In this document: in pieces, positions 50,550-62,956 of the stretch
How positions within the stretch are numbered: the first letter of the stretch is position 1
Layout: each line of letters opens with the position of its first letter
DNA from: Aureliella sp.
Lineage (GTDB): Bacteria > Planctomycetota > Planctomycetia > Pirellulales > Pirellulaceae
Direction of reading: 5' to 3'
DNA length: 64,000 nucleotides
NCBI GenBank assembly: GCA_963691875.1
Contig: OY829846.1
Coordinates: 1,888,001 to 1,952,000, forward strand
The notes under the pieces: generated by a model
What the model saw: the letters and a program-made list of their open reading frames with translations, nothing else
What the model was told of the DNA's origin: nothing
Database searches by the model: none
Program-made: the position numbers and the translations under genes

Positions 50550-51612
50550 TGTTCCTTTCAGTTCGGGTGTCAGTAGCGATCAATGAAGCATCAATACTGT
50601 CGTCTCGGAGCAACAGAACGATCGTTGTTCCTGAACTTGTTCTGGAAAGCGCCTCCTGAAGAACTTCCTGCCAATGGATCACTGACTCAGTACCGTTTTC
50701 TGCTGCAAGGGCGCGCTGCAGATCCTCAGAAGGCGTCGGGGCGGTAACAACGCGATGCGGAGTAAACAACTCGACTCCAATACCACGATGGTCCATCAAT
50801 TCGCTTATCACTCCCGCAGAATATGACAAGATGCGTTCGAGCAGCAGGTCTTCGCTGCGCAGCCGAAACGTGTCAGCGATAAGAGCTACCTTGAGTTCTT
50901 CGCCCTCGGAAAATTTGCGAAGTGTCGGCGTGCCAGTTCGAGCCCAGGATGCAAAATCCCAGCGCCGGACCTGCATTCCGAGTTGATACTCACGGCTGCC
51001 AACGTATTCAAACGAAGTGTGGAGCGTATTGTCACCACAGCCGTCATGCATCTCGGCTCGGTCTTGCACCTCGTCCGATATCCTCAGCCCCATCAGCATT
51101 CGTGGCGCGATGGCAAGCTCGGCGTCACAGGTATATGTCTTTAAGAAACGGAAAAGCCCTAACGGAAAGAGACTTGCAACCTGAATGGGAGGTAACTTAT
51201 AGATGCCTCTTTTCTCGGCTCGCACTCGAACGGGCAGTTTTAGCCTTTGTCCCTGCTTGATCCCTTCTAGCGAAATTGAGTCCGTCAATAGGACGACACC
51301 GGGGATCAAATTCGTAAACCGGAAGGTCAAGTCGTAAGCATCGAGCATGCCCACGTTCTCGACTTCCAAAATCAGCTCGCATTCTGTCTCTGCGTTCACT
51401 ACGCGAGGAGCTAGGACTCTTACAGTCAACGTTGGTCGATAAAACAAACCTAGTAGAAATCCAGGAACGAGTACCCAGACCAGCGAGCTAAGCAAGCCTG
51501 CCAAAGTGCTATCGACAACGGCGAAGACACTGCATGTAGTCGCCAGAAAAAGCATGCGACCAGTTACCGTAACCGGATTGCGTCTTACTGACGAGCGGAT
51601 GTAGCTAAGCAT
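50512..51612 (-). CDS. DUF58 domain protein
   Basis: KRGIY...SLFPLGLF, EYVGSREYQLG...RRWDFASWAR; lies downstream of moxR. Confidence 0.88.
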   Translation of the reverse strand: MLSYIRSSVRRNPVTVTGRMLFLATTCSVFAVVDSTLAGLLSSLVWVLVPGFLLGLFYRPTLTVRVLAPRVVNAETECELILEVENVGMLDAYDLTFRFTNLIPGVVLLTDSISLEGIKQGQRLKLPVRVRAEKRGIYKLPPIQVASLFPLGLFRFLKTYTCDAELAIAPRMLMGLRISDEVQDRAEMHDGCGDNTLHTSFEYVGSREYQLGMQVRRWDFASWARTGTPTLRKFSEGEELKVALIADTFRLRSEDLLLERILSYSAGVISELMDHRGIGVELFTPHRVVTAPTPSEDLQRALAAENGTESVIHWQEVLQEALSRTSSGTTIVLLLRDDSIDASLIATDTRTERNIVVRTITTSRAG

Positions 51613-51658
51613 GCTTGCCGGCTCCTACGTTCTTCGCCCAAAAAATTCAAGTAAACAT

Positions 51659-52606
51659 TCAGGCAGGGACTGGGAGCTTGTTAACCAACTCCTCTATCAA
51701 TTGACATTTGTCACCATATTTGTCGCGACTCCCTCGTTGTAAGACGACGCGGTGCGCCAGAGTCAATGGTGCAACTTCCTTAATGTCATCTGGCAGAACA
51801 GCCGGACGCCCTTGAGCAAAGGCACATGCTTGGGCGGCGCGAAACAGCATTTTCGTACCACGTGGACTACATCCCGCAATGGCAAAATCTGCATTGCGCG
51901 TGGCAGCAACAATCCGGACGATATAGTCAGCCAAATCTCGATGCATCTCTACTGCTTTTACCGCTTCTTGCATCTGCGACAACTTTTCTCGTCCGAACAG
52001 TGGCTTCAGATTCTCCAAGGATCTCCGGTCTTGATCGTACAGCAAGTCTATTTCATCCTCATGCGCAGGAAACTCCATTCGCAGGCAGAATAGAAATCGG
52101 TCTAGCTGCGCCTCTGGAAGCGGGTAAGTTCCTTGATAGCCGAGTGGATTTTGAGTTGCGATCACCCAAAATGGTGATTCCAACTCGTGACACTCACCCT
52201 CTGTAGTCACTTGGCGTTCCGCCATTGCTTCAAGCAGGGCGGATTGAGTACGTGGAGACGCCCGGTTGATCTCGTCAACCAATAAAAGATTGCAAAACAC
52301 CGGACCAGGCCGAAACTCAAAGGACCCAACGGCTGAATTGAACACGGAGAATCCACATACGTCCGACGGCAACAAATCTGGAGTGCACTGAATTCGCTCA
52401 AATTTTACGTCAACCAGCCGCGCGAAGGCCTTGGCCAAAGTGGTTTTGCCAACTCCCGGAACGTCTTCAAGTAAAGCCGAGCCCCCTGCCGCAAAAGCGA
52501 TCAGGAACTGATGAATCACGTCATCCTTGCCGCGGATGACAGTCCGCATTTCTTTGTGCAACTGCGCCATCAAAGGCTGCACTGGCGCTACAAGATTTCT
52601 CAACAA
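51659..52606 (-). CDS. moxR: MoxR family AAA+ ATPase
   Basis: LLEDVPGVGKT, RIQCTPDLLPSD, DEINRASPRTQSALLEAM, ATQNP, LPEAQLDRF. Confidence 0.96.
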   Translation of the reverse strand: MLRNLVAPVQPLMAQLHKEMRTVIRGKDDVIHQFLIAFAAGGSALLEDVPGVGKTTLAKAFARLVDVKFERIQCTPDLLPSDVCGFSVFNSAVGSFEFRPGPVFCNLLLVDEINRASPRTQSALLEAMAERQVTTEGECHELESPFWVIATQNPLGYQGTYPLPEAQLDRFLFCLRMEFPAHEDEIDLLYDQDRRSLENLKPLFGREKLSQMQEAVKAVEMHRDLADYIVRIVAATRNADFAIAGCSPRGTKMLFRAAQACAFAQGRPAVLPDDIKEVAPLTLAHRVVLQRGSRDKYGDKCQLIEELVNKLPVPA

Positions 52607-52898
52607 AAAGTAAATCTATCCTCCCAGTGCAAGCCATAGTTCCATTCGTAACTTTGCGCCGCATTGGCGTTTGCGATCGTGATCGCGACTGCGCTGCGAT
52701 ACAACTTGGCTAGTTCGAAACTGCAATTTGCACTGACATTCCTCCCGAACAGCGCAGACGACGGCTTCGTCGCAACGCCCTCCATTTCCCCACCAAGGGA
52801 ATTCCTGGCCCCAGGTTATCAGGCAGCAAACGGGTGGTAAGTCACCTACCCCTTGAATCGCATTGGCTTAACAGGACATTAACATCCTGAGTCTTTGG

Positions 52899-53936
52899 CT
52901 AATGGCGTTTCCGTTTCGGCGACCTCGAGCGCGCCTTGCGACCTCGAGGATTGTCGGTTTTTTGCCTCGAATGACGAGCGCTATATGGGCCACGACTGCT
53001 ATCTGGGCCGATTGAACGGCGAAGATCGCGAAACTCTTGTGGCCAGGGGGCTTTGAAAAGTAGCGGCGAATCCTCCGTCGGATGCCGGAAGCCGAGCGTC
53101 TCTGCGTGGAGTGCAATTCGGCGGTGAGGCCAAAGCGCGTGCTCAGCCTCCGCAGGGCGATAGCGAGGGTCGCCAATGATCGGGTGGCCTGCTTCGGCGA
53201 AGTGAACGCGAATCTGATTGCGTCTACCGGTCTCCAACTGCACCTCGACAATTGTGACTCCCTTCCACCTCTCTTTCACGCGATAGTGAGTAATGGCTAA
53301 CTCGCCACGGGGATCCGATTCGTCCACCGAAAATCGATTCAGACTTTGCTCGTCGGTGGCCAGGTGGCTCCGGAACATACCTTTGTCGTCGCTTAAGACG
53401 CCTTGGACGATCGCGACATACTGGCGTTGTGGCTTGCGCTGCGAGAATTGAGCAATCAAATGCTCAGCCACTTCATCCGATTTCGCAAACACCAACAACC
53501 CTGAGACTCCACGATCCAATCGATGGACACAAATGGCCTTGGAGTCTGTTTTCTGATGACGCAGCCATTTCTGCAACTGGCCTCTGAGAGTGTTCTTCTC
53601 ACGCTGGGGAGAAGGCACGGTAAGCAGCCCCGCAGGTTTGTTCACAACGATGATTGCTTCATCGTCATGGACAACATCAAACTTGCCGCGAGGATTCGAA
53701 GTCTTCTTCTTGGCCGGCTGCTTGACTGGCTGTGGAACGTAATCAATCTCCACTTCGTCGCCGACACGCAACATATGGTGAGTCTGAGAAATCCCTCTGC
53801 CGCGGCAGGCCACCATCCCGTCATGAATGAGCTTAGAGGCCACCGAACGATTTACTTTGAGCGCCGTTTGAACCACATTCAACGCATTGCGAGCAGGTAA
53901 CGGCAGTCGCTCGTCAACTTGAAATCGAACGATCAA
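52899..53936 (-). CDS. RluA/RluD family 23S rRNA pseudouridine synthase
   Basis: S4-like N-terminus; VNKPAGL; HRLDRGVSG; LETGRRNQIRVH; HPIIGDPRY; LHAETL. Confidence 0.95.
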   Translation of the reverse strand: MIVRFQVDERLPLPARNALNVVQTALKVNRSVASKLIHDGMVACRGRGISQTHHMLRVGDEVEIDYVPQPVKQPAKKKTSNPRGKFDVVHDDEAIIVVNKPAGLLTVPSPQREKNTLRGQLQKWLRHQKTDSKAICVHRLDRGVSGLLVFAKSDEVAEHLIAQFSQRKPQRQYVAIVQGVLSDDKGMFRSHLATDEQSLNRFSVDESDPRGELAITHYRVKERWKGVTIVEVQLETGRRNQIRVHFAEAGHPIIGDPRYRPAEAEHALWPHRRIALHAETLGFRHPTEDSPLLFKAPWPQEFRDLRRSIGPDSSRGPYSARHSRQKTDNPRGRKARSRSPKRKRH

Positions 53937-54093
53937 TCAAACACTCAATCAAATAGAAAATATCAACAAGCCGCAAAGATGAGTCAGGCAGGCTTCCGTC
54001 GATGCAATTCATCCTCGGTCATTAATCGCATGGTCTAGTTGGAAATGCTAAGTCCGAGCTCGGCTGCTTCAAGAGGCTTCCCCTCCGCTTCAG

Positions 54094-54339
54094 CTAGTTT
54101 TGGGCTAAGGCAGTAGAGGATTCGTCATCTTCTGCGTTGATCGGAATTTCAACGATGACGAAATTCTTCTCCAAAGGACTACCGTTCAACTCAGTTGAGC
54201 CAATTGGGCTTCGTGGCTTTACGTTTCCAGCCAACTCACCCTCAGCGAATTCAAGTATAGTTGGCGACTCGCCCCAAGACATCAAAGATGCTTGTGGTCT
54301 CCGTGTATAAAGATCAACGTCTCCTGCCAAGGACGACAT
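54094..54339 (-). CDS. Possible small acidic hypothetical protein
   Basis: ATG-started 81-aa ORF about 15 bp downstream of the co-oriented 54354-55013 gene; no recognisable motif. Confidence 0.3.
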   Translation of the reverse strand: MSSLAGDVDLYTRRPQASLMSWGESPTILEFAEGELAGNVKPRSPIGSTELNGSPLEKNFVIVEIPINAEDDESSTALAQN

Positions 54340-54353
54340 GCGTGCACGAGCTT

Positions 54354-55013
54354 CTAACCGTCCGAATCTTCGCTGGCATTCTCATTCGGCTCGTCGTCAA
54401 TCTCTGATGACGAAATGGACTCGCTATCGCTCGCGTCCGCTTCCTTTTCATCCTCGGCGAAAATGACTTTCCCGAACATATGCCCACCAACCTCATCGTG
54501 ACTCCACGTTCCGGCGTACTTGTCTTTGTGGAATACGACGCGAGCACCAAAAGTCCCCATACCTGGAATCGTCATGTTATCCAACGTCATGACAGGTGTC
54601 CTGCCTGCCCATGCTACGTCGAGTGGTACCGGAAAAACCGTGTCGTACTTTCCGTACTTGATTCGAGCGGTCACAATCCAAGTATCCCCCTTGGGCTGCT
54701 TCTCAACTTTTTGAATCTCGTACGTTTCCTCGACAAGCTGATTCATGGGACGTCCGTCAATGGTGAACTGACCGCGAAGTTTTGCACCAGTCAGAAGCTT
54801 TGTGAACTTGGCATAGAGTTCCTGCATCTCCTTCTTGCTACGAGCCTGTGTTGGATCGGTATCGGAACCTAAATTGCTCGCCACCAAAGCGGCTTTCGCC
54901 CAAGCCTTGCGATCCAGAGTTTTTGGAGCATCACCGGTATCTTGTGCCAGGACGACGGAAGGGGGCGGGAGTACAACAAGCCCAAGAATAAGAGAACAGG
55001 CAATCGTTTTCAT
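54354..55013 (-). CDS. Secreted hypothetical protein
   Basis: GGAGA RBS; signal peptide; LRGQFT...ETYEI...ARIKYG...WAGRTPV...IPGMGTFGARV...YAGTWSH...GGHMFG. Confidence 0.85.
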   Translation of the reverse strand: MKTIACSLILGLVVLPPPSVVLAQDTGDAPKTLDRKAWAKAALVASNLGSDTDPTQARSKKEMQELYAKFTKLLTGAKLRGQFTIDGRPMNQLVEETYEIQKVEKQPKGDTWIVTARIKYGKYDTVFPVPLDVAWAGRTPVMTLDNMTIPGMGTFGARVVFHKDKYAGTWSHDEVGGHMFGKVIFAEDEKEADASDSESISSSEIDDEPNENASEDSDG

Positions 55014-55115
55014 AAGTCTTCTCCAAATGGACGAATTGGTATTTTGCTCGACAACTCAACTTTAAGGCTGAGGATTCACTTTATGAATAGCGGGTAAAAC
55101 TGATTAACCGAATGA

Positions 55116-55601
55116 CTATTCAGCCGGCAGTTGACCTTCCGGGTAAACCATTAGTTTGCCCGCTTGCTGATCAAAGTAGTAAGCCTGCCCCTCAGCGAGC
55201 TCTGGAAGCTTGATACGATTGTCCGTAACCGACTTCATAAACTCGTTGTTCGTCGGGTACTTGCCGGTGGTGGCTCGATGAACATCGATCAGTTGTTTAA
55301 CTTGAATTTGCAGCACAGAAAACTGCTTGACGTGCTCTAGTGCCGAAACTGGTCCGGTAAGAATCTTCGTTACACCTTCGTCTTCGCTCGTCTTTTGGCC
55401 TTTCTTTCCAACGCCAGCGACAGCTTCAATTGGCCCAGTCAAGGTTTGTGCCGCGGCTTTTGTGCTGTTCTCGGCGTGATCAGAATCGCCTAGGGGTGCA
55501 CAGCCCACGCTGGACAAGACACAACCCAAGAGCGTCATCAGCCCAGTAACCAACTTTGCTTGTGCAACACAAGAATTTGAAATCTCAGCATTCGAGTTCA
55601 C
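55116..55601 (-). CDS. Hypothetical lipoprotein
   Basis: Hydrophobic stretch ending in a lipobox-like SVGC; co-oriented directly after uvrA. Confidence 0.75.
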   Translation of the reverse strand: MNSNAEISNSCVAQAKLVTGLMTLLGCVLSSVGCAPLGDSDHAENSTKAAAQTLTGPIEAVAGVGKKGQKTSEDEGVTKILTGPVSALEHVKQFSVLQIQVKQLIDVHRATTGKYPTNNEFMKSVTDNRIKLPELAEGQAYYFDQQAGKLMVYPEGQLPAE

Positions 55602-55643
55602 GGGCTCTTCTCCGGTTCAACAAACAGACCGACAGGGTTCTTG

Positions 55644-58600
55644 TTATGGTGACGAAACTTGAGACGACGCATGCTTCATGTGCGTACTCAACAGTTTACG
55701 CACGGCCGCGTTGCGTGGTTGCTGCAATTCGGTGAATGAAATCTGAATTTGTTCCTGATCGTCACCGCGTTTGGTAATCTGAGCCTTCATCGGTAACGAA
55801 TCCTTTAAGCCTCTCGGATCGTAACCGGCAGGACCATTCAGCACTGCAATCAAACCGTCAGGTCGCTTCGTGTGCAAAATAATCCATGGCTCCTTTTGCC
55901 CAGGCAAAATATATCGAGCCGTTGATTGCTCGTCCCAACGCCAACGGCCACCTCCAGCTGATTGGTGAACCGCTTGAATGAAGACTGACAAAGTCTCAGC
56001 TGGCCAAACAATCTCCTTCCCAGGCGGGAAGCCTTTGCGAAGCGAATGCCAGCGTTGCTTGAGTACCTTCCAAGGCGTGGCGTTCTTCGGGTCGGAACTC
56101 GCGCCTGGCTTTGTTTCGGCCTTTTTCTCTGGAGTCGTCTTGCCAAGAAACGCGAAGCTCGCTTCCTGCAACCAATTCCAAAATCTCTCTATATCGATCT
56201 CGTCTAGCGTATAAGCTCGAATCTCAAGCTCCATCCATTGCCCAGCAGCCTTGGCCTTGATCCGAGACTCATTGCCATAGGCCTCAATCTCATCAATTTG
56301 ATTAAGCGTCTTTAGCTCCAATAACGCTTCCAATTGCCCCTTGGTAAATGCGCGTCGGGGAACTCGGAACTTCAGCTTCAGTAGCCATGTTTCTGCTGTA
56401 ATCGCATGCAGAAACCAGCCTCTGCTTTTCACTGGACCAGCCACTTCAACAATGCTGCGATTCTCAAAACTCACGGGAGCGAAGCCTTCGATCGCCTCAA
56501 TCTTCTCCAGCAATTTCACCAGAATTTGGCGATCCCAACGAATTGGATTGCCTGCACGATCCATGCTGTCCTGCGTATGCCAGCGCCGGCCGTCGGCCTG
56601 CCAAGGCAACAAGGTATCTCGACCAATCTGATCGAGCTCGATGTCACCTTCTTGCACCTTATGAATCACATCTGGATCGTAGACATCCCGATCGAAGTAA
56701 TCCGCCGACTCCAGCAATGGAATCAAAGCTTCACCGGTATGACTTCGGAGCTTTGCCTTCGTTTTGCTTGTCGTCTTCCGCGCAGTCGTTTTCTTCTTGG
56801 CTGCGGTTGTCTTCGGTTTAGCCTTCTTGGCGTGCTTCACCAAGTCTTCAGGTGAGCCGCAGAACACTAACTCTCCACCGCCAGCCCCTGCTTCCGGCCC
56901 GATATCGATGACCCAATCGGCTGCCTTGATTACATCCAAGTTGTGCTCGATGACTGTAACGGTGTTACCTAGGTCGACCAAACGCTGCAAGACCTCAAGC
57001 AACTTGATAATGTCGCCAAAGTGCAAACCAGTAGTGGGCTCATCGAGCAGATAGAAGGTCTTGCCAGTATCGGGCCGCGATAATTCCGCAGCCAACTTGA
57101 CTCGCTGAGCCTCCCCGCCGGAAAGCGTAGGAGCAGACTGGCCAAGCGAAATGTAATCCAAGCCGACATCTACCAAAGTTTGTAGCGTACGGCGGATCTT
57201 CGGAATGTTGTCGAATACCTCCAATGCCTGACCGATCTGCATCTGCAACACATCGTGTATCGAAAAACCGTGATACTCGACGGATAAAGTGTCTTCATTA
57301 AATCGCCGCCCCTTGCAGGCGTCGCATTCTACCCAGACATCAGGCAAGAAGTGCATCTCGATCTTCAGCTGCCCGTTGCCTTCGCATTTGTCGCAGCGTC
57401 CACCGGGCACATTGAATGAAAACTGGCGCGGCGTGTAGCCAAGGGCTCGCGATGCAGGAAGCTGGGAATACAACTGTCGAATCAAATCGAACACGCCAGT
57501 GTAGGTTGCAGGCGTCGAACTTGGATTCGATCCGATCGGACTTTGGTCAACACGAATCACTTTGTCGATCAGCTTGGTGCCTTCGATCGCATCGTGAGTA
57601 CTCTTTTTCCCTGCTTGTTTGGACAACCGTTTTGACAGTGAAGGGTAGAGCACTTCATTCATCAGAGTACTCTTACCACTACCACTTGGGCCGGTCACCA
57701 CATTCAGTCGGCCAAGGGGGAAGTCCACGCTGACGTTTCTGAGATTGTGAGCACGAGCACCTATAAGCGAGATTACTCCCTTGTCCGTGTCGCGGCGTTT
57801 CTTCGGAACAGGAATCTTCTCTTTGTCACTTAGGAAGGCTCCAGTGACACTCTTTTTCATACGGGCTACTTGCTTCGGCGTGCCTTGGGCAACCAACTCA
57901 CCACCGAATCGCCCGGCTGCAGGACCAAAATCGCAAAGTTGATCGCTATGCTCAATTACATCCCGATCATGCTCAACCACAATCAAAGTATTGCCCAGAT
58001 CACGCAGCTTCTTCAGCGCTCCGATCAGCCGGTCGTTGTCACGTGGATGCAAGCCAATCGTCGGCTCGTCCAGAACATAGAGCACTCCGCAGAGCCCACT
58101 ACCAAGTTGACTCGACAGCCGAATCCGCTGCGACTCACCACCACTCAGCGTGTTGGCCGCGCGTGAAAGCGACAGATAGTCCAAACCGACATCGAGCAGA
58201 AATTCCGTTCGCACGAGCAGTTCACGCACCAACTCACCCGCAATGTCTTGCTCGCGTTTATTGAGCTTCCAGCCTGTCAACTGCGCGTGCAACCAACCCA
58301 AGGTACCTTGCGTGTAGTCGCCCACCGTCATACCACGGAACTTGGCTGCCGCCGCATCCACATTCAAACGTGAACCATCACAAGCTGAGCAAGCAACGTC
58401 AGCCACAAAAGGACTCAACTTCGAACGCAACTGAGCACTCAATCTTGAGGCATGTTCCAAGGCAGGGAACAATCCCTTCCACTGGAATTCAAATGTAATG
58501 TTTTTGCCCGTCGTGACTTGATACCAACGGTCACCGGTGCCATGCAAAATACTGCGGCGTTGGCCGCTCGTGAGCTGCTCCACGGGCTTCGTCATCGGAA

Positions 58601-61600
58601 TGCCAACCGCCTTACAGAAGGCCTCAAGCATGGGTGCAGAGAGCTCAGTGGGTGCGAGATCTGACTTGGAGGCACCGCCCATTGCTGGCCAAAGGCGGAT
58701 TGCGCCTTCCTTTAAACTCAGATGCGAATCCAAAAGCAGCGCAGGACTCGTCCCAGTCTGCGTCCCAAGGCCTTCGCATTCCTGACACCATCCAAGGGGC
58801 GAATTGAAGGAGAAGGAGTGCGGCGTGAGAGGATCCATACTGTAGCCGCATTGCCGACATGCCAAGTGCTGACTATGCCGTGTGGCCTGCCAGTGAATTT
58901 CCTCCTGGTCGTCCCGCGGCTCAACCGCCAACAAGTTGCCATTGCCGAGCGAAAGTGCTAGCTCGACACTTTCTGCTATTCGGCTACGATTCTTCGGCGA
59001 GATGGTAACTCGATCAACAACAGCTTCGATATCGTAGCTGATCGTCGCCGAAAGTTGCGGTGGTTGCTCCAGCGTGTGAGTACGCCCGTTGACTCGAACA
59101 CGAACTAATCCCGAGGATCGCAAGTCTTGCCACAGAAGGTCCGGATCGTGATTAGGCTGCCACTTCAGTGGAGCGGTTAGGATTAAGCGCGTTCCTTCTT
59201 CCAACGCCAACAAATGGTTCGTGATGTCGTCGGCGGATTGGTTTGAAACAGGAACATCACAGTCAGGGCAATGAGGCTCTGCCAGCCGAGCCATCAAGAC
59301 GCGGAAGTAGTCATAGATTTCAGTGACCGTCCCCACGGTCGAACGCGGATTGTGCGCGACACTCTTTTGCTCAATTGCAATGGCTGGAGCTAAGCCCTCG
59401 ATACGCTCAACCTTGGGCTTTGGCATTTGCCCAACGAATTGCCGAGCATAAGAAGAAAGACTCTCGACGTAGCGTCTCTGGCCTTCGGCGTAGATCGTGT
59501 CCATGGCCAAAGAACTCTTACCACTACCACTCGGTCCACAGAACACGGACAAAGAGTGATGTGGAAGCTCGAGCGATACATCCTTCAGATTGTGTTCTAC
59601 AGCCGCTTGAACATTGATCTTGGTGGTTTGAAACTGGCTTGTCGCTTTCTTCTTACTCTTCGCTCGCGTTTTCTTCTTAGCTGACTTTGGCTTGATGGCG
59701 GGCGCAGCGAGATGCTTTTTCAGTGACAAGCCGGTATGCGACTGCTCGCACTTCACGATGCCATCCGGAGTCCCAGCAAAGACGATCTGGCCGCCATCTT
59801 GTCCGCCCTCAGGTCCAACATCGATCAACCAATCAGCTGCCTTGATTACATCCAAATTGTGCTCGATTACCAACACGGTATTTCCGCGATCCACCAAGTC
59901 TTGAAGCACCTTCAGCAGTAGCTTGATATCGTGGAAGTGCAATCCCGTTGTGGGCTCGTCGAGCAGATACAACGTCCGTCCCGTATCGCGACGCGAGAGT
60001 TCTTTCGCCAACTTGATTCGCTGGGCTTCTCCACCGGACAAAGTCGGGGATGGCTGCCCGAGCTTGATGTAGTCCAAGCCAACGTTTTGCAGCGTCTCAA
60101 GCTTTTCATAGATGCGCGGCACATTTTCGAACAGCTCTAGTGCCTGCTGGATATCCATGTTGAGGACGTCAGCGATCGACTTCTCCTTAAACTTGACTTG
60201 CAGCGTCTCATGGTTGTATCGCTTCCCATCGCAAATCGGGCAGGTCACCCACAGATCAGCGAGAAAGTCCATCTCCAGTCGATTCGAACCGTTACCTTCG
60301 CAAGCCTCACAGCGCCCGCCAGCCACGTTGAAACTAAAACGACCAGGCTGATAACCTCGTCGTTTGGCTTCTGGCAACGACACGAACAAGCTACGAATTT
60401 CATCGAAAACTTTGACGTAAGTCGCTGGGTTACTTCGTGGTGTTCGCCCGATTGGGGACTGGTCAATCGCAATGACCTTGTCCAAATGCTCAATACCCTC
60501 GAAGCTCTTGTGCTCACCCGGCATATCCTCAGCGGCATGCAATCGCCGACGCAAGACTGGCACAACAATCTCATTGATCAGCGAACTCTTACCTGAACCG
60601 CTTACTCCGGTAACACAAACGAATTTGCCGAGAGGAATATCGACATCCACGTTCTTCAGGTTGTTCTGAGTCGCACCAGTGACACGCAGCGACGTACCAT
60701 TGCCTTCGCGCCTAGTTTCAGGGACAGGGATATGTTCTCGGCCAGAAAGAAACTTGCCTGTCGAGCTTTTCTCGGAACCAGCTAGGTCTTGCAGGTCTCC
60801 ACAAGTAACGATTTCGCCGCCTCGAACACCTGGACCTGGGCCAAAATCCAAGATCAAATCGGCCGCTCGCATCGTGTCTTCATCGTGCTCGACAACCAGT
60901 AGCGAATTGCCTTGGTCTCGTAAAGTCTGCAGTGAATCAATGAGCCGATCGTTGTCTCGTGGGTGCAAACCAATGGAAGGTTCGTCCAAAACATACAGAA
61001 CCCCAACGAGGCCGGAACCAATTTGGCTGGCCAAGCGAATGCGCTGTGCTTCTCCACCGGACAAAGTCGGTGCGGCACGAGAAAGACTCAGGTAGTCAAG
61101 CCCCACGTTGAGCAGGAACGACAGTCGGCTACGAATCTCTCGCACAGCTTCCGACGCAATCTTCGATTCCAGCTCGGAGAGCACCAAGCCCTCCATGAAT
61201 CTTAAGCATAAGTCGATGGGCAAAGCGCATAACTCTGCAATACTCAACCACTCGCCATGGCCTGCGATCTTTGCAGATGACTTCAGCTTCAGCTGACGCG
61301 CTGCAGAATTAAGCCGTGTTCCCTTGCAGTTCCCGCAACTACGCTTCTCCATGTACTTTTCGAAACGCTTGCGGGCAGTAGCGCTTTTGGCTCCACGGTA
61401 CTGCTCCATCAGCTGAGCGACAACGCCCTCGAAAGTACCACCATACTTCATGGGTCGACTTCCGCCACGCCAAGTGAAGGTAACGTGTCGTTCGCCAGTC
61501 CCATGCAACCATTCCTTCTGAACGGGCTTTGGCATATCTTCCCATGGCAAGGTCAACGACTCGCCGGCCTGCAAGCCATGTTCTTTCTCGATGGATTCGC

Positions 61601-62669
61601 TGACACTCATCAACTGGTGGCGTTGCCAACGCCCCATGTCGTTCCACCCACCGAGGAGTTCGATCGCTCCTTGACGAAGTGACTTGCTGCGATCAGGAAT
61701 GATCAACTCCGGAGCGAAAGTAAACTGCCGGCCGAGACCTTCGCAGACGTTACACATCCCAGCTGGACTATTGAAACTCAAAAGCTGCGGGGTGGGCGGC
61801 ATGAAGGATGCGTTGCACTTGGGGCAAGCATATTCACTGCTGATCACCAAATCCGACGACGCCTTCCTCCGACGCCGACGCTTCGGAGCATCTTCCTCTT
61901 GAGCGGCTTCTTCTTCGATCTGCTTCTGATTTTTGTTCTGCTCTTCGTCCCAAGGAATCGCAATAAGCGTGTTCTCACCTAGCTTCAAAGATTCGTTCAC
62001 CGCGTCCGAGATCTTCGAACGCGTCGTAGTCTTGGGTTCAAACTTTGACACCACTACTTCAATGTGGTGCTTCTGCTGGCGATTTAGTGCGGGAGCATCG
62101 CTAAGCCGCACGACATCTCCGTCAACTCGGGCTCGAGCATAGCCCTGACGCAGCAAGGACTCGAACAAGTCCTTGTACTCTCCTTTTTGCCCCCGAACCA
62201 ACGGAGCGAGCATCAGGTACTCCTCGGATCCCTTTAGCTCTTGCAGCTGAGCAATGATCTGGTCGCGCGTCTGAGAAGTGATCGGAACATCGCCACACTT
62301 GGAACAAAAACCTGTTCCGACGCGAGCATAAAGAACCCGTAAGAAGTCATAAATCTCTGTTACCGTTCCAACCGTACTCCGAGGATTCGAACTTGTGGAT
62401 TTTTGGCTTATCGAGATCGCTGGGCTCAAACCACCAATATAGTCCACATTGGGCTTTGGCAGTTGACCAATGAATTGCCGCGCATAGCTAGAAAGACTCT
62501 CTAAGTATCGACGTTGACCTTCGGCGTACAGCGTATCGAAAGCCATCGAACTTTTTCCGCTTCCACTGACTCCGGTGAAAACGATTAGCTGATTGCGAGG
62601 TAGCGTGATACTTACGTTTTGCAGATTGTGTTCGCGAGCACCGCGAACTTCGATCGTCGAGTGATCCAT
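55644..62669 (-). CDS. uvrA: Excinuclease ABC subunit A, tandem double-length form with C-terminal extension
   Basis: Four Walker A motifs (GVSGSGKS x2, GPSGSGKS x2); four LSGGE signatures; two [11 protein letters not shown] starts; zinc-finger CxxC pairs. The track ORF starts at 62714. Confidence 0.97.
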   Translation of the reverse strand: MDHSTIEVRGAREHNLQNVSITLPRNQLIVFTGVSGSGKSSMAFDTLYAEGQRRYLESLSSYARQFIGQLPKPNVDYIGGLSPAISISQKSTSSNPRSTVGTVTEIYDFLRVLYARVGTGFCSKCGDVPITSQTRDQIIAQLQELKGSEEYLMLAPLVRGQKGEYKDLFESLLRQGYARARVDGDVVRLSDAPALNRQQKHHIEVVVSKFEPKTTTRSKISDAVNESLKLGENTLIAIPWDEEQNKNQKQIEEEAAQEEDAPKRRRRRKASSDLVISSEYACPKCNASFMPPTPQLLSFNSPAGMCNVCEGLGRQFTFAPELIIPDRSKSLRQGAIELLGGWNDMGRWQRHQLMSVSESIEKEHGLQAGESLTLPWEDMPKPVQKEWLHGTGERHVTFTWRGGSRPMKYGGTFEGVVAQLMEQYRGAKSATARKRFEKYMEKRSCGNCKGTRLNSAARQLKLKSSAKIAGHGEWLSIAELCALPIDLCLRFMEGLVLSELESKIASEAVREIRSRLSFLLNVGLDYLSLSRAAPTLSGGEAQRIRLASQIGSGLVGVLYVLDEPSIGLHPRDNDRLIDSLQTLRDQGNSLLVVEHDEDTMRAADLILDFGPGPGVRGGEIVTCGDLQDLAGSEKSSTGKFLSGREHIPVPETRREGNGTSLRVTGATQNNLKNVDVDIPLGKFVCVTGVSGSGKSSLINEIVVPVLRRRLHAAEDMPGEHKSFEGIEHLDKVIAIDQSPIGRTPRSNPATYVKVFDEIRSLFVSLPEAKRRGYQPGRFSFNVAGGRCEACEGNGSNRLEMDFLADLWVTCPICDGKRYNHETLQVKFKEKSIADVLNMDIQQALELFENVPRIYEKLETLQNVGLDYIKLGQPSPTLSGGEAQRIKLAKELSRRDTGRTLYLLDEPTTGLHFHDIKLLLKVLQDLVDRGNTVLVIEHNLDVIKAADWLIDVGPEGGQDGGQIVFAGTPDGIVKCEQSHTGLSLKKHLAAPAIKPKSAKKKTRAKSKKKATSQFQTTKINVQAAVEHNLKDVSLELPHHSLSVFCGPSGSGKSSLAMDTIYAEGQRRYVESLSSYARQFVGQMPKPKVERIEGLAPAIAIEQKSVAHNPRSTVGTVTEIYDYFRVLMARLAEPHCPDCDVPVSNQSADDITNHLLALEEGTRLILTAPLKWQPNHDPDLLWQDLRSSGLVRVRVNGRTHTLEQPPQLSATISYDIEAVVDRVTISPKNRSRIAESVELALSLGNGNLLAVEPRDDQEEIHWQATRHSQHLACRQCGYSMDPLTPHSFSFNSPLGWCQECEGLGTQTGTSPALLLDSHLSLKEGAIRLWPAMGGASKSDLAPTELSAPMLEAFCKAVGIPMTKPVEQLTSGQRRSILHGTGDRWYQVTTGKNITFEFQWKGLFPALEHASRLSAQLRSKLSPFVADVACSACDGSRLNVDAAAAKFRGMTVGDYTQGTLGWLHAQLTGWKLNKREQDIAGELVRELLVRTEFLLDVGLDYLSLSRAANTLSGGESQRIRLSSQLGSGLCGVLYVLDEPTIGLHPRDNDRLIGALKKLRDLGNTLIVVEHDRDVIEHSDQLCDFGPAAGRFGGELVAQGTPKQVARMKKSVTGAFLSDKEKIPVPKKRRDTDKGVISLIGARAHNLRNVSVDFPLGRLNVVTGPSGSGKSTLMNEVLYPSLSKRLSKQAGKKSTHDAIEGTKLIDKVIRVDQSPIGSNPSSTPATYTGVFDLIRQLYSQLPASRALGYTPRQFSFNVPGGRCDKCEGNGQLKIEMHFLPDVWVECDACKGRRFNEDTLSVEYHGFSIHDVLQMQIGQALEVFDNIPKIRRTLQTLVDVGLDYISLGQSAPTLSGGEAQRVKLAAELSRPDTGKTFYLLDEPTTGLHFGDIIKLLEVLQRLVDLGNTVTVIEHNLDVIKAADWVIDIGPEAGAGGGELVFCGSPEDLVKHAKKAKPKTTAAKKKTTARKTTSKTKAKLRSHTGEALIPLLESADYFDRDVYDPDVIHKVQEGDIELDQIGRDTLLPWQADGRRWHTQDSMDRAGNPIRWDRQILVKLLEKIEAIEGFAPVSFENRSIVEVAGPVKSRGWFLHAITAETWLLKLKFRVPRRAFTKGQLEALLELKTLNQIDEIEAYGNESRIKAKAAGQWMELEIRAYTLDEIDIERFWNWLQEASFAFLGKTTPEKKAETKPGASSDPKNATPWKVLKQRWHSLRKGFPPGKEIVWPAETLSVFIQAVHQSAGGGRWRWDEQSTARYILPGQKEPWIILHTKRPDGLIAVLNGPAGYDPRGLKDSLPMKAQITKRGDDQEQIQISFTELQQPRNAAVRKLLSTHMKHASSQVSSP

Positions 62670-62956
62670 GAGCCTCGGTTTTATATTCCAGGACTGTGAA
62701 GCGTGGCCATCCATGCTGGCATGATGTATCGTGCCTCTCGTCCAGTTGATCTTTGGAGTATGGTTTGTTGAGTACTATGAGCAGGGTCAATCTCTTGCTG
62801 CCGTCCCAATCGAGCAAGGGGCAATCTGCGACTCAACATATTTTGATTCATTGTCTCGAATTGACCGCACGAAGCGCGAGCCCCGTAAATACGATTGCTT
62901 TGGGCGTCGCCTGATCGGCGACCAGCAAGCCAAGAGCGGGCAACAGGAGCCGCGCA

